From Eutreptiella sp. 'Long Island Sound 2002' (lineage: Eukaryota > Protista > Euglenida): 64,000 bases of DNA. Position numbers and translations under genes: made by a program. The notes under the pieces are model-generated. The model did not search any database. It had not been told where the DNA came from and saw only the letters and a list, made by a program, of their open reading frames with translations. The stretch spans positions 47,926,001 through 47,990,000 of the forward strand of contig OZ038378.1 of the NCBI GenBank assembly GCA_964036045.1, in the 5' to 3' direction. Positions 47,297 through 60,462 of the stretch are shown in pieces (position 1 is the first letter of the stretch; each line of letters opens with the position of its first letter).

Positions 47297-48184
47297 GCCG
47301 CCGCGCTCAAGAGCTACCGTGCCCACGATGCGCCCGATGGCGGGCACAGTCTGCCGGAGGCGGCGGAGGCGAAGAAGGACAAGGCCCTGACGAAAGCGAT
47401 GGCGTCTGTTTCCGTGGGGAAGTCCTCGACACCGGAGTACGGCACGAAGGAGTACGCCGAGTGGTACTACGCGTGGCAGCGGTACTACGCCAGCCAGGGG
47501 AACGAGAAGGCCATGGCGCACGTGGTGGCGCCCAAGGAGAAGCAGGACCTGATGTCGCGGAAGGCGCACGCGAAGATTGAGAAGGAGATGGCCGCGACCG
47601 TCGCGGCGGAGCGCGCGAAGCAGGGCGCGCCGCGGCCTGCGGCCGAGGAGGAGGAGGAGGAGGAGGACGACGGCGGGTTGGAAAGCTGCAAGGTCGGGAG
47701 GGGCGCGCCGGGGCCAGCCATGGGGGCGTGGTCGACGGTTGCGGTCCGGAGGGTTGAGCCGGCTGGATCTCCACTGGAGGAGGAGGCGGAGGAGTCCGAT
47801 GACGATGAGAATGCTGACTCGAACTTCCGCTCTCTGAGCTTCAATTTCTCGAAGAAGCCGCCTCTGGATGGCCGGAGCGGAGGCACGGGGTTCCGCGTGA
47901 GGACCTGGAGCAGCGTGAAATTGGAGGCTGCGTGCCGGCCGTCACAGGTGAAGGTGGAGCTGGGGGCCCAGGGGTTGGCGGTTTCCGGTGGTTCGGCCGC
48001 CACGGCCCTCATGCAAATCAAACAGGAGTTCGACGAGGAGCGTGCCTCGGCGGGGGGCGGTGGGGCCGCGCCGCAGGGCTCCGCCTCTAGCGGCGCCGGG
48101 TTCAAACGGAAGGCGGATTTTGGGGGCAGCCAAAGCAAGGGCAAGAGGCAGTTTCGGCGAAAGACGGACGACGATGATGGATGA
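47297..48184 (+). CDS. WBP4: WBP4-like protein, exon 2 (spliced protein ~364 aa)
   Basis: AAALKSY..., an acidic run, MGAWSTV, and C-terminal FKRK...KGKRQFRRKTDDDD, as in WBP4-family C-termini. Confidence 0.82.
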   Translation, partial: AAALKSYRAHDAPDGGHSLPEAAEAKKDKALTKAMASVSVGKSSTPEYGTKEYAEWYYAWQRYYASQGNEKAMAHVVAPKEKQDLMSRKAHAKIEKEMAATVAAERAKQGAPRPAAEEEEEEEDDGGLESCKVGRGAPGPAMGAWSTVAVRRVEPAGSPLEEEAEESDDDENADSNFRSLSFNFSKKPPLDGRSGGTGFRVRTWSSVKLEAACRPSQVKVELGAQGLAVSGGSAATALMQIKQEFDEERASAGGGGAAPQGSASSGAGFKRKADFGGSQSKGKRQFRRKTDDDDG

Positions 48185-48714
48185 TCTCGGACGGACATGA
48201 AACGGGGGCCATGGCGCGGGGAAGGGGGCGGGGCGGGGGCAGGGCGTGTGACGTGACCTGGAGTCCACTGCACAGCCAGACTGCAGCAGTAAGCGCCACA
48301 CGGAATGAGTGCGGGTGGTGCAGCACTGAATGGTACTCCGTCTGTGTGGCACTCAAACACAGCCGGGAGTGGGAGTGGGGGTGAGAATTACTGCATAGGA
48401 CTATGGGGAGATCGTGAGAGACCAAGCCTCACAGTTTCTGCCTTGCTGCAAATTCCAGTCTTAAGCCACAGTGCCCTACTGCTGTGAAGCGAGCGGGCAG
48501 CCCAGCACCCCAGCACCCCACTCCAAGACGCAACCTGCGGGTCCGTGGTAAAACCTAGTAAACAAATGATTTTTTATCTGGTTTCAAAATTTAGTAAAAA
48601 AATTGTTTACTATATTTTTCCTCTGCGGGTGGGTTTTTTACTAAGTACTTAACCTACCCAACCTGCCCAGTAAGTAACCTACCCAGCAGAAAATTTTAGT
48701 GTAGGGGACCCCCC

Positions 48715-48775
48715 AAACGGCAGGGGTTATGTAGCCACCCGGCCCACTTGTGGGCCACTTCTGATTTTGGGTGCT
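48715..48775 (+). repeat. Isolated monomer of the 85-bp minisatellite
   Basis: CAGGGGTTATGTAGCCACCCGGCCCACTTGTGGGCCACTTCTGATT. Confidence 0.8.
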
Positions 48776-50174
48776 ACAAAAGTGGGAGAAGGAGGTGCAG
48801 GCCGAAACCATCTTGCACCCAACCCCCTCTATGAATGTGGATTGAAGCAATGCCTTTGTAGCTGAAGCACCGAGTATTCCAATGGACCCCGTCCCACCCA
48901 GTTCCATTTCGTCCGGATTCGATGTCGCTACACCATCTAGTGATCACCCAACATCTCATACTAGGTGCTCTAGTGCGGAAGAAATCCTCGCTAATGTGTG
49001 CAAAGCACTCAATGAAAGCCAAGGATCGTTTCCCCCATCGTTGTCAGAGGTAGAGGCACTGCTTGGCAACGATTGGGGGAAGCCACTACATGTCACAGTT
49101 GCAGGTTCGTTGCCGCAACAATTTGAGTTTGAGGTCTGCCATTTCAAGGACCTCACCACTGAGACTTGATTGTGGCGCAGGTATATAATTTGGTCAATTT
49201 CCATTGGGTGCTCCGCTTGTTGTTGATTGCCCCGACCTACGAATACCTCTGCCTTAAGTTTAGCCCCTTGTTTGACCGCCCACACATTGTTGGGGCAAAC
49301 TAGGATGAGTTGGCTGTTGTGGATTGGATTGCTGAGCGAGAAGGCATTCAACACCAACAGAAGAAGTGGGCAAAGATTTTGGATGCTTTTGTGCCCTTGC
49401 ATTTGCAATTGCACCCTTGCGTTCCACCTTCATCCGGCAGATTGATGGTGTTAGTTGCCATCCAGCATGTCTTTTGACATTGCATTGTGCCTTGTCTCGA
49501 CGCGTTGTCACGGGCATATTGCAAGTGTCACAGGACAGATAGTGGTTGTTGCTTCAAATGGCTGAAGCTACTTCATTCGTTCCAAGTTGGCCTCCACCCC
49601 GAGGACCCAGCACTACATTGGGAGGTGGCTTGGATGTACACTGAACCCAAATCCGTGGACCCCATTGACACATGCTTTTCTTGTGATGGCACACCTCACA
49701 TAGCCTGCCACGAATGTAAGGTTCATTGTACCTTGCATGTGTCTATCTTGTATCAATCGGAGATCTGTGTTGGATTGCGCCAATTCGGGGTGGCCAACCT
49801 TGCTACTATTGCTGTTGCTTTTGTTGTTGTGGCCGCTTCCGCTGTTGACACCCGTCCCGGTGTGTTTGTTATTGTTGCTTTTTGTGTTGCTAACACCCGT
49901 GACGGTGTGTGGATCTATCGCAATTGGTATGCGCTGCCTCCTCAATACTCCCAAAATGCTTATGGTCAACTGAGAAATGACCAAGAATCTTGCACCAAGC
50001 CGCAAGGGTTGTTGAAAAAGGCTCTGTTTGAGATGTGCACCGATAATCCCACAGTGCGAGGCAAACCGTGCCATGCGGATCCCAAGGCCGATTTGATTTT
50101 CAAGCGTGTCTTTTGTAACCAGGCTGCAGAGATTATGCAGCCGCCCGGCCCTCTTGTGGTCCACTTGTGAGTCT

Positions 50175-51530
50175 GACCCCCGAGGGGGCAAGGGTTATGT
50201 AACCACCCGGCCCACTTGTGGGCTACTTGTAATTCTACCCACCGCTCTGAAGCCGTGGGGACCTCCCCAGGGAGCAGGGGTTATGTAGCCGCCCGGCCCA
50301 CTTGTGGGCCACTTCTGATTCATGTAGCCACCCGGCCCACTTGTGGGCCACCTTTGATTTTGCCCGGTGGGGACCCCCCAGTGGCAGGGGTTATGTAGCC
50401 ATCCACCCCACTTGTGGGCCACTTCTGATTCTGTCCCCTGCTCTGAAGCGGTGCAGACCCCCCAAGCGGCAGGGGTGATGTAGCCGCCCGGCCCACCTAT
50501 GGGCCACTTATGATCCCGCCCCCTGCTTCCAAGTGTTGGGGACCCCCTTAGGCAGCAGGGTAATGTAGCCATCCGGCCCACTTGTGGGCCACTTGTGATT
50601 CTACCCCCCACTGTGAAGCGTTCGCCACCCCCGTGGCGGCAGGGGTTATGTAGCTATCCCGCCCAGTTGTGGGCCACTTCCGATTCTGCCCCCGGCTCTC
50701 AAGCGGTGGGGACCCCCGAGGCGGCAGGGGTTATGTAGTAACCCGGGCTAGGTGTGGGCCCCTTCTATCTCTTTCCCCCCGCTCTGCAGCGGTTGGAACC
50801 CCCCCAGCGGCAGGTGTTATGCAGTCTCCCGGCCCACTTGTGGGCCTCTTCCGATTCCGCCCCCCACTTCCAAGTGTTGGGGACCCCCGAGGCGGCAAGG
50901 GTTATGTAGACATGAGGTGACTGCTATACTCCCCGGGGAAAAACCCCCCGAATATACACCGCCCAGCCAATACCAATACCAATACACACAACTGGCCCAT
51001 AAGTGGGCCGGGGGGCTACATAATCCTTCCACCTGAGGCGTCCGCGCCGCTTCGGAGCAAGGGGCAGAATCAGAAGTGGTACACAAGTGGGCCGGGTGGC
51101 CACATAACCCCCGCCGCTTAGGGGTGTCGCACCGCTTCAGAGCGGGGGACAGAATCACAACTGGCCCACAAGTGGGCTGGGTGGCTACATAACCCCTTCC
51201 ACTTGGGGGGTCCGCACCGCTTCAGAGCAAGGGGCAGAATCAGAAGTGGTACACAAGTGGGCCCGGTGGCTACATAACCCCTGCCGCCTCGGGGGTCCAT
51301 ATTGCTTTAGAGCGGGGGGCAGAAACAAAAGTGCCCCAAAAGTGGGCCGTGTGGCTACATAGCCCCTGCCGCCTTAGGTTCCCTACCGCTTCACAGCAGG
51401 GAACAGAATCAGAAGTGGCCCACAACTGGGCCGGGTGGCTACATAATCCCGGCCGCCTCGGGGGTCCCCACCGCTTGAGAGCGGGGGGTGGTATGACAAC
51501 TGGCCGACAAATGGTCCAGGGGTCCCACCG
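50175..51530. repeat. 85-bp minisatellite arranged as a foldback (about 9 forward units, ~80-bp spacer, about 6 reverse units)
   Basis: Forward units at 50191, 50276, 50386, 50471, 50556, 50641, 50726 and 50811; reverse units at ~50990, 51071, 51156, 51241, 51325 and 51411. The consensus unit carries the palindrome GGCCCAC-TT-GTGGGCC. Confidence 0.88.
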
Positions 51531-52646
51531 CCGGCCCCCATACCTCGGCATGGCTCCTTTTGGTAGCCGCGGGGTGGCTTGCCTGCTATATTTCTTTTGG
51601 ATTTATGCTTTGATTTAGTTCTTTCATCTTCTTGTGTGGGGCGCTTGGACTTCCCACAAGATGCTGGGTATGATCAGGAGACATAACATTGTGTATCCGA
51701 GAGCCGGTACTGATTCGGTTCTCCTAGATCGGGGAGTGAAGGGGAGGTATGACGGTTCACTTCTCGGATGACATGGGGTTGGGACGCCTTTCTTGAGTGA
51801 GTATGTGAGGCTTTCTTTTTTTTTGGGAGAGGGGGTTTGATGGTTCTCTTCTCTGGTGAATTGGGGCTGGGCTTCCTTCTGTGTGTGGGATTGTGAGGGC
51901 TTGCTTTGTTTTGAGAGCTTGTGATGGTGCGGTTTGGTTTCCGAGAGCTGGCATTGATTTGGTTCTCTCAGATTCGGGAGTAGATTCGTTCCAGATTCTT
52001 TTTGGTTGCTTTGACTCTTTCATGACTGGGATCCTGGCGTTGGTTGATAGCGTACAATTATTGTTGGGGCAAACCAGGAGGAATCAGCTATTGTTAGGGG
52101 CGGGACCGTATTCCACTCCCGTAATATGCGGAATGTTTTGGAATATTTCTATTCCGGAATACCCGTAATATCCGGAATGTTCCGTAATACCGTTGATGAT
52201 GGGTGCTCGCTCTGGTTGGTGGTTGGTGTCTGATCCTATTCACTTGCCCCCCCCCCCCCTTCGTTGTGGGGGACCAATTTTTTATTTTTCAGTCAGTCAC
52301 AGGCCAACATACCCCCTAAGCCTCCCCCTCCCCCCTCTCTCAACCCCTTCCCCGAACCTCCGTTAAACAACCAGTCCCACTGAAGGAAACAAATACCAGT
52401 CCGTTAAACACAGAGGGCCACTGAAAGCACCACTTTGGGATTTTTTTTACTTTGGACCACCCTTTCTTTGTTAAACAGTGCTGTTTGATGGCTGGGTGCC
52501 TGGGCAGGCAGGGTTCCCTTCTTGCCCTACAGGAGGGGGGGGGGGGAAGGACGCCCAGGCACTCAAGGGATCAAAAGAGAGCAGGGTGGGAGTTAAAAAT
52601 AAAAACCTGTAAGCTCCTCTCCTGCCCTCCCCGCCAGGGCCACTCG

Positions 52647-52751
52647 CGCCTAAGCAAGTTTGCAGTACAGCTGGTTCAGGCACCAACCACTTCTTCCAAG
52701 GTTGAGCGCTCCTTTTATTTGGTTGGGTGCTTGGACACCGCACAAAGGCGG
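52647..52751 (+). pseudogene. hAT transposase C-terminal dimerisation-domain fragment
   Basis: RLSKFAVQLVQAPTTSSKVERSFYLVGCLDTAQRR fits L..LA..L...PxSSxxxERxFSxxG.....R. Confidence 0.65.
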
Positions 52752-54840
52752 GAGGAGGAGGCGGGAGAATAGCACAGAATGTTCAGGAACAGGCGAAGGT
52801 TCAAATAGTGCACAATTGTCTTGCCCTGTCACAGTTTTCGGAAGGTACATGAATGATGTGTATCTCATGATAACTGGCGTCCTGCCTGCCAATTTGCGTA
52901 TGGTGCACACTTTCTGTGTGTATTTGTTAGATGAAGTATACAACATGCCCATGAATGGGGAGAACAGGGGGAATGGGTTAATGAGGGTAGATTGATTCTG
53001 GAGCCTGACCTGAATCTGCTGCTAACAGGGGTGCACCCACAAGCGTGACCTGCAGTTTTGTAGTGATGGGTGGACATGTTTGCCCCCAGATTCATTCGTG
53101 CAGGACACGGTGTCTAGGTACACACGGAAGAGGGACAATGCAAGTTTGACCTGTTGATTTCATATTATTTATTTTATTCCGCTCAGAGGTGGTGAGCACA
53201 AGCACCTTGTGCAGCAGGGCTGGCACCAGGGATGACAGCACGACCTGTGTGTTATTTTCAGCATGGCTTCGCCGTGCTTATTGTCAGGTAGGGTTGATGA
53301 GACGGGTTCTATGGCACCTTCAAATTTTGACAAACTCATTGTTTGCCTCATCAGACGTCCATTTTTTGAGGGGGGGAATTCATGGCGATTCCATGTTCAT
53401 TGTGGGGGCTCCATTTTGTCTGAGTGATATGTTTCAGGTGAGTGGGGAGAGCATGAGACAGGATAAGTTTTTGGCAACCCCTGGCTGCCGTGAAGCGCTT
53501 ACTGATCGCACCTACCTCAATACCATTGTCAATGATGTCATGGCACAATGCAGGTTGTCGGGTTAGGTGCAAGGCTAGTCCGTTGCACGACCACAGGGTG
53601 GGTTCTCAAACTGATTAGGATACCTTTGTAGACATGGTCTTCCCCAACAGCGACACGCAGCCCTCCAAATGCCGACAACCCCTCATCCCATTGGCTCCCA
53701 ATAATCCAATTAGTGAGAAGGTAGTCGTCGACCTCAGCAAGCAACTCTGCAGTCGATTGTGGTGTGCGTGTTTGCTTGACAGACATGTTGACATGTTGTT
53801 GCCCACTGCAAAAAAGGGACGGGTGCTGGTTCCTGAGCGCAGCACAGGAGCACGCGGTTGGGATAGGCATATATGGGGCCATGTGACGCAGCGTATTGGG
53901 CGTGGCGTTGCACAGTACTCCCGCTGGCGCGTCGCCACTTTGAAAGGAGCAATCCAGCAGATGTAAGCGAAACCAAACCACACTACTAATCAAACGGCCA
54001 TGCGCGAGTGCTCAAGTCATGACTTTGAACAATGTTGTGTGGAGCCGTGACAAGCACGTGCCTGTGAGCAGGGGCACTGGTTGGCCATCGTATCAGACTC
54101 AATGCCTGCCTGCCCCATGACAAGCGATGGCAGGGCTGGTTAAGGTCCATGGAATGCTCCTCAGTGGTGCTTCACCTAAGGGCGTTGGGCTGCCTCCCTT
54201 TGGGTGCCACATAGTCCCTGATGTGGCATGAGTTGTGGAACACCTACCTACGGATGAAAAAATTGCCATGCAACCAGGTCCATATCCAGGTCTAGGTCAA
54301 AAAAGTTCGAAACTGGGCCCTTCAACAAAAGAGGGGTTTTCATCATCACTTGCCATGGAAGCTGGCGCATGCAGTTTTGACAAAGTGTCTTCCTCGCCAG
54401 GTGTTTGTGTTGTGCCACAGTGATACATGTGCCTCACTTTCCATGTGTACCAATGTTTGCGTACACTGACAGCAATGTCCCGAGGCTGGCGGCGGGGGGG
54501 GGGGGGGGGGGCTTGGCAATCATTTTGTCAGGGGCGACCGCTGCACGCAGGTAGGGGACAACAACGGAGGGGTGGGGGATGCAACCCGGAGAGGACTCGG
54601 AATATATCACGTTTGTGCTGAAAGTGGCAGGCAAACAGGCACGCATTTGTTCTCAGGCTGTGTTTGCACAACGGGGTGGATAGTGTATTAGTCCATAGCT
54701 TGGAAGGGGTTTGCCTGGAGCCTTTCTCCCTCCGTTGGGAGGAGCAGGCTCTAGCTTCTCTAGACTTTTCTGTATTCCGCTTTGTGCTTCAGGGTCGCAT
54801 GTCCTGCCTTTCTGTGTATTGAGGCGCTGGACATTGCCTC

Positions 54841-55350
54841 ATGTTGGCACACGTTCTCCTCTTGTGTTTTCTGCTCCTCGCAGGCAGTGCGAAAGATAGG
54901 CAGCTCGATGCATCGCTTGGGGGCACCTTCTGCAGCAGCAAGAGTGTCAATGTTTTGATCAAAACGTATTCTGTCCGCGTGTATGCCAATTTATACCCCA
55001 AGGCAGGGGAGTTTGATGTCAGCCTCCATGGAGACATGCATCTTCCGCTGTGCACCGGCAATCGTTTTGGCCAGGGCAAAGGGAATCGGCTGCGCATCTT
55101 GCACACCCAGCCCTGTATGGAGGACCTGCTCAAACAGCTCACCGTCAGCAACATGCAGCTGGCTTGGAACTCCGCAGAACAGAGCGTTGAAATTCGGGCA
55201 AACACCGCATACGGCCTGGGTCGTAGCAGCATCACACTGTCAAAAGCAGCATGCGATAATGATGGCATCGTGCCCTATGAGGCAAAGCGATACGCAGCCA
55301 TTTACAATGATACGAAGCATGAACGCAATGGTCTTCCAGACGAATTGTAG
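54841..55350 (+). CDS. Small secretory-pathway protein (signal peptide, 4 Cys in mature part, C-terminal PDEL)
   Basis: ATG-initiated 169-aa ORF with hydrophobic N-terminus MLAHVLLLCFLLLAGSA and ending ERNGLPDEL*. Confidence 0.65.
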   Translation: MLAHVLLLCFLLLAGSAKDRQLDASLGGTFCSSKSVNVLIKTYSVRVYANLYPKAGEFDVSLHGDMHLPLCTGNRFGQGKGNRLRILHTQPCMEDLLKQLTVSNMQLAWNSAEQSVEIRANTAYGLGRSSITLSKAACDNDGIVPYEAKRYAAIYNDTKHERNGLPDEL

Positions 55351-58300
55351 AAATCATGGATATTTATCGGGGCCGGATCATGTATTGCAGGATAGTCCTG
55401 ACCCTTGTTGCCGTTTCCAAAAGTTACGATGATTTGTCTCCTGAAGGACACAGTGGGGCAGCAGCCAACACTCCCCGCTGTCTGCTGCCCAACAATGGGC
55501 AACAATGGGCAACAATGAGCAACAATGGGCTTTTACTGGTTTGAACATCGCCCCAGTGCGCATTGCTGTGAGCGCAGACATGGTGTGGCGCATGAATGAA
55601 GGAAATACCCCCCCCCCCCCCGACACAGCATGGTCTGGGGATGACTGAATGTGCAACCCGTCAGCGCTGGTAGGCACGCGAACACCACAGGGGCAGTGGC
55701 CCTGATGGTGAGCAGTGGGACGAACATTGCACGCTCAGCCTGCAACACCACCTTCCCCCACCAACAACACCAGCGGCAACAACCTCCCCGGAACTGACCC
55801 CAACCAACAATTATGCAATACAAAAGAAATGACACTGGGCACCAGTGGTACCACATAGTGACCCCCCAGCCTTTATGGACCCCCCCCCCGACCCTCCCCT
55901 CCTCCTCCAGGAGCCATCAGGCACTGCTGGTGCGTATGGACTACCAGGCATCCCATAGATTCCAAGAATATGTCTAGGACAGCCTGGCCTGGGATTGCCA
56001 ACTCATCTTTGGTCAGGGTCACTCAGGGTGACCAACAAGGCCTGGAGCGTTTCTCCCCGATGTCGTCCCCTTCTCGGCACATGTGTGGACGTCGTGCCAC
56101 TAAACAGAGGTACTGATTCAGACACATCTCAGATGTGACAAGCAGTTGAGCAACTGCTGGTCTCCGCGCTTCAAGGGGCTTTAGGCTGGGCCTTTCGTTG
56201 ATGTTGGTGAGAGTGAGTAGCAGTGTTCACGATATTTTTCAGTGCTGTTCGTCAGCGTGTTCAGTAATTGTCCCAATTTCTCCCCATTTCCCCCAGTTCC
56301 CCCATTCTCGCCCCTTCCCCCCCATCTCCCTCCATGTTCTTCATTTCCCTCATTTTCCCATGTCCCCAGGGCTTTGGATACCTCCAGATTCGGGTACTTC
56401 TTTGGCTGCAGGGTCGGTATTTTTCGTATGTCTGACAAGCCAGGCCATGACACGGGGCTATGTTCTGCATGGTGCTTCTGTGGCATGAAACTGAATTCTT
56501 CTTCAACCACTTGCATAGTTGTTATCTAGTTGAACATATGTGATGCATAAAAGCTAGCTTTTCACAGTTCATGGGGCAAATTTGTAAGCAAAGGGCAATC
56601 ACCGAACACAAACGAAGTAGTTCTTTGGTGGTGTATATTCTACATATTTTTTGTATTTAACAACTGAGTTGAAAAGATACGTGGCTTTGTCCTCAGGTTA
56701 TGAACATTGTCCTTCACTAGGTAGCAACTCCACCCACAGCCATACACCGTTTCGCGGACAGTGAAAGTCACAACCTCTTTGGGGCCCAAGATTTTTTTTA
56801 TGCGAAATCTGATTTTTTCAGCAACTATTTTTCACAGAAAAATTACAAAAAAGATTCCGCGCTGAAAAAAGATGCCGTGCCGAAGAAAAAGAATGTGCGG
56901 TAAAATAGGATTTCTACATGATCGTGGTCCCCAAAAGTTGCATGGGGGGGATTACAAGGTGTGCTACGGCGCCAAGCCAACCCATGAGAGGCAATCTTTC
57001 TATTTTGCGCAGTGGGATATTCGGCACCTTAGCCAGTGCCCGTGTTCACAATTTCATACATCTGGGGTTTCAAGAATGACCAAATATGTACTTAGTGGCC
57101 GTTTCTCGTTGTTGCCCCTGGCATGTGGTTAGGAGGTGCCATATGCACTGATGTCACTAAAGTGAAAGGTTTTGGGTGCATTACCCAGAATATGTGTTTC
57201 ACAACTGGGCGGTCTTTTTGGAACACGGGAACGTATGCAGATAGTTTATGAGAGAGGATCACAGGGCGGACTAGGGCGCACACAAAGAGGGATGCAGCCT
57301 TTGTATTTGTTTGCGTCATATGCAAAAATCTATGCACTTGAGCCTTTCTCTGTAAGGAAGACGGTTTGTGCATCATTTGCATAATAGCAGGTTTCGACGC
57401 CATACCATTTTCATTCAACGTAGCGTGTATTGCAACAGTACATTATGAAAGTCGTTAGCGATGCGCCTTATGACATCAAGCGCCGTTGTTGGCATTTTTT
57501 CTTTGCTTGGTGTTTTCTATTTTACGCTTCGGTAAGGAAGGTGGATGATTCATCTGCCGGGGTGCCACTAGGAACTGTATTTTTGCCTCCCTTTCCCACC
57601 CTTGGATTTACGTTCTTTTAATTTCCCATCTATAAAAAAGACATTCTGATTTTTCGACGTTTTTAAACATCCGAATGAATTTTTTTTACATGTTTTCGTT
57701 TTATTTTTTGGCGGAGCATTGTTTTCTATGATGGGAAATCTTTGTTCCAATGTTTTGCTTTTTTTTTGTCTTTTTCCTAACACTTTTGTGGATTGGATCT
57801 ATATTTTAGGCATTTTGTTAAAACTCAGCGCATGTAAAAAATTTTGCATCATAAAAAAAGGATTACTCCCCTCATTGGAGGCCCCAACGCCACTAGTGTG
57901 GCACAGCTGCTTATATACACAGCCCTACAAGAGCAAACATTTCCATTTGCTTCAATACCAAGGTGGATGCCTGGAGGAGTCTCAGTTCACATTGCCTAGT
58001 TGCTTACTTCCGTGAAGCCTAATCGTAAGATTGTGCATATATCAACACGGAGGTGCCTATACACAGGATGCAAGTTGGAATTTCTGGCGCACAAGATGCT
58101 CCCATGATAGAGCAGCAAAGCGATGAGTCAACCAGGGACCCATGAATCTTCCGTCTTATCTTCTCACAGCCAATCTAAGGCGGCTTGCCTCAAGTTTTAA
58201 AGGGGAGGGCGCTCACTCACTACCTATGGTACAATACAATGTTGCAGATTACAATACGATATGGTGGTGCAGTGCAAAATCCGCGTGAGCGGCAATTTGG

Positions 58301-60195
58301 TAGAAAAGATATTGGCAGCTCGGTACGGAAGCAGACGACAACACATCACATCACAATACAAAGCGTTTAAGAAATTGCTCCAGGAAGGCGTAACGTTGTG
58401 AGATGTTGTAGACGTTAGAAAGTAGGGGAGGTAAACGAATTGGCTTTGCTTTTAGGGATCCCGCCTTTGGCTACGTGCGAACAAATCAATTTGAAGCAGA
58501 ATTTTCATCAAAAGAGGATGAAAACGGTTGGCAAGTGACTGATTTTTGCATGCTCATTCTCAAAGTCCATATTATTTGAGTTTACGACCGGACCTTAGCA
58601 AGTAGTATGTCTGGAAATCGCCTCGTCTGAGAGCCCAATGTTGGGCGCGGTTTACTGTCTCGCAATTTGGCAGCAGCTCCACTACCTCCCAGTGACGTTT
58701 TTTTCCAAAGGTAACAGCGGGTGACTATGTTTCTAGAATGCTCCTCATACTGTTGGCTACAAATGTGTTGTAAAATGAAGTGAAGGCATATTCGTGGATG
58801 GCACAGGTGGCCTATAATGCTTTACATGCACGACCTTTTTTGCCGCAAGAATAATGAGATCTCGCTAAAAATGGCCGAAAATGAGGTGTCACAAATTATA
58901 TTGTGGACTGCATTTTTGTCAACGGCATTCAAAAAGGATCATATACCTTTTTTAATTTGACACCATCAAATAGATTTCATAGTTTGGCAAACGCTTATAG
59001 TTGACAACAATTTAGAGTTTTGACCATTGGGGTAAGCTAGTGACAGAAGCACCGTCATGCATGTGGCTCAATTGGCCCGAGTTCAACAACCGGCATCCCT
59101 CCGTGCCCCAAGAGTGGTGAGGAATGGAATTACCTCGGGGACGTCCCGTGGCGCCGAGATATGGCGGTTGGAGAGAAACTCATTTCAGCAAAACATCGAA
59201 ATCTTTTCATCATCAATCTTATGCAATTTGCCGATGCGCGAATGAAAAACTGAGGTACGCCCGCCCGCTACCCAAATTGAACATCTACTATTGCTCTTTG
59301 ATCAACGCGATGTGGTTTTGTGTCTTTTCTCGTAAGAGGACATAGCGGACACATCAGAGTGTTTTGGGGTGAGCTTGGGACAAAACTACAGTGTACAAGT
59401 TTGGGCATCAGTAGGTTTATGTCCAAGTGGCACTGCGATGTCTTGGGCTCCCGCCTACCTTCACACTATCGCCTTTAGAAATGTTGGTGGCTGGCATTCT
59501 GTTTTGTGTTGTTTTTTCCGTTGGCGGAGTGATAAATTGCCACCATGTTATGCATCGGATGTTCGCCGGATGGCGCTTTTCTGAAGTTTCGGTTTTGTGT
59601 GTCTTTTGCCGTCTTTCAACATATCATGGAGTGCGCCTGCGCAAAGAAGGTCATCACAACCCATGATAAATGCATGAGAGAATGACCGGACGTAGTTTTG
59701 TGTCGCTGCAAATATTCGTCGCAAAAGTTATGCTGAAAGGTGCCGTTTTAGGAACTTTTGGCGTGACTATTCATTGTGGCTTTCGTGTCCCCGCCGATGC
59801 GGTTGTGTAGAATACAATCCGAGATGTTGAAATTGCTAGCAGTTGCTCGGTCAAATGCCACAATAACGAGAAAAAAAGCACTTGGTAGTGATTACTTAGC
59901 AATGATCGTATCATTGACTTTTGCGGTCTCTCGAAGCTATGAATCCATGTATTTGTCTTCATAGATGGCTCACAAACCTTTCTTACCCAAGGACCCAAAC
60001 ACTATTGCATTCACCCAATCATAACAGAGCAATATGGTCTCCGGGGTAAAGAAAGACTTCTAAAACCTCGATGATGACTTGTCTGTAGTAGGTTCTCTTT
60101 GTTTTTTTTGCCATCAAGGCAGAGCGAACCAGTTCTATCTTCGTTTCTTTGAGATGCCCGTACCTATACTCGTGGTATCCAGCCCAGCGAACTAG

Positions 60196-60460
60196 TGTTA
60201 TGGTTTCGAGCAGCGGCAATGCAGCGAGTGCGCGAACGCGCAATCGCACTGCAATTTGCGAATAGATGTGAAGCATCGAGATGCCAGTTGTTGTGAACGA
60301 AGTGGTGTATAATACTTCAATAACTTTGAACAGGATTTTTGTCTTCGAGTTTATGAATTAGGTAACATTTGGTGCTGCGCCTAAGGTTCCTGCACGAAGA
60401 GGGTTTGTCGTATTTTGAGATTTTCGAGAAACAAGACAGTTGCCAAGTCAAACTACAACA
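60196..60460 (+). repeat. 5' LTR (265 bp) of a second element of the same family
   Basis: TGTTATGG...CTACAACA; ~85% identical to 7498-7762 and followed by a PBS-like sequence and gag. Confidence 0.88.
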
Positions 60461-60462
60461 AG

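Noticed and set aside
49430-49545. Minus-strand CDTCNMPVTTRRDKAQCNVKRH as a BED/C2H2 finger of a hAT transposase
   Set aside because: Only a partial ligand pattern, with stops nearby and no catalytic-domain motifs downstream.
58400-60190. Decayed coding-like AT-rich region next to the 5' LTR
   Set aside because: Multiple stops in all frames and no motif I can assign to a family.
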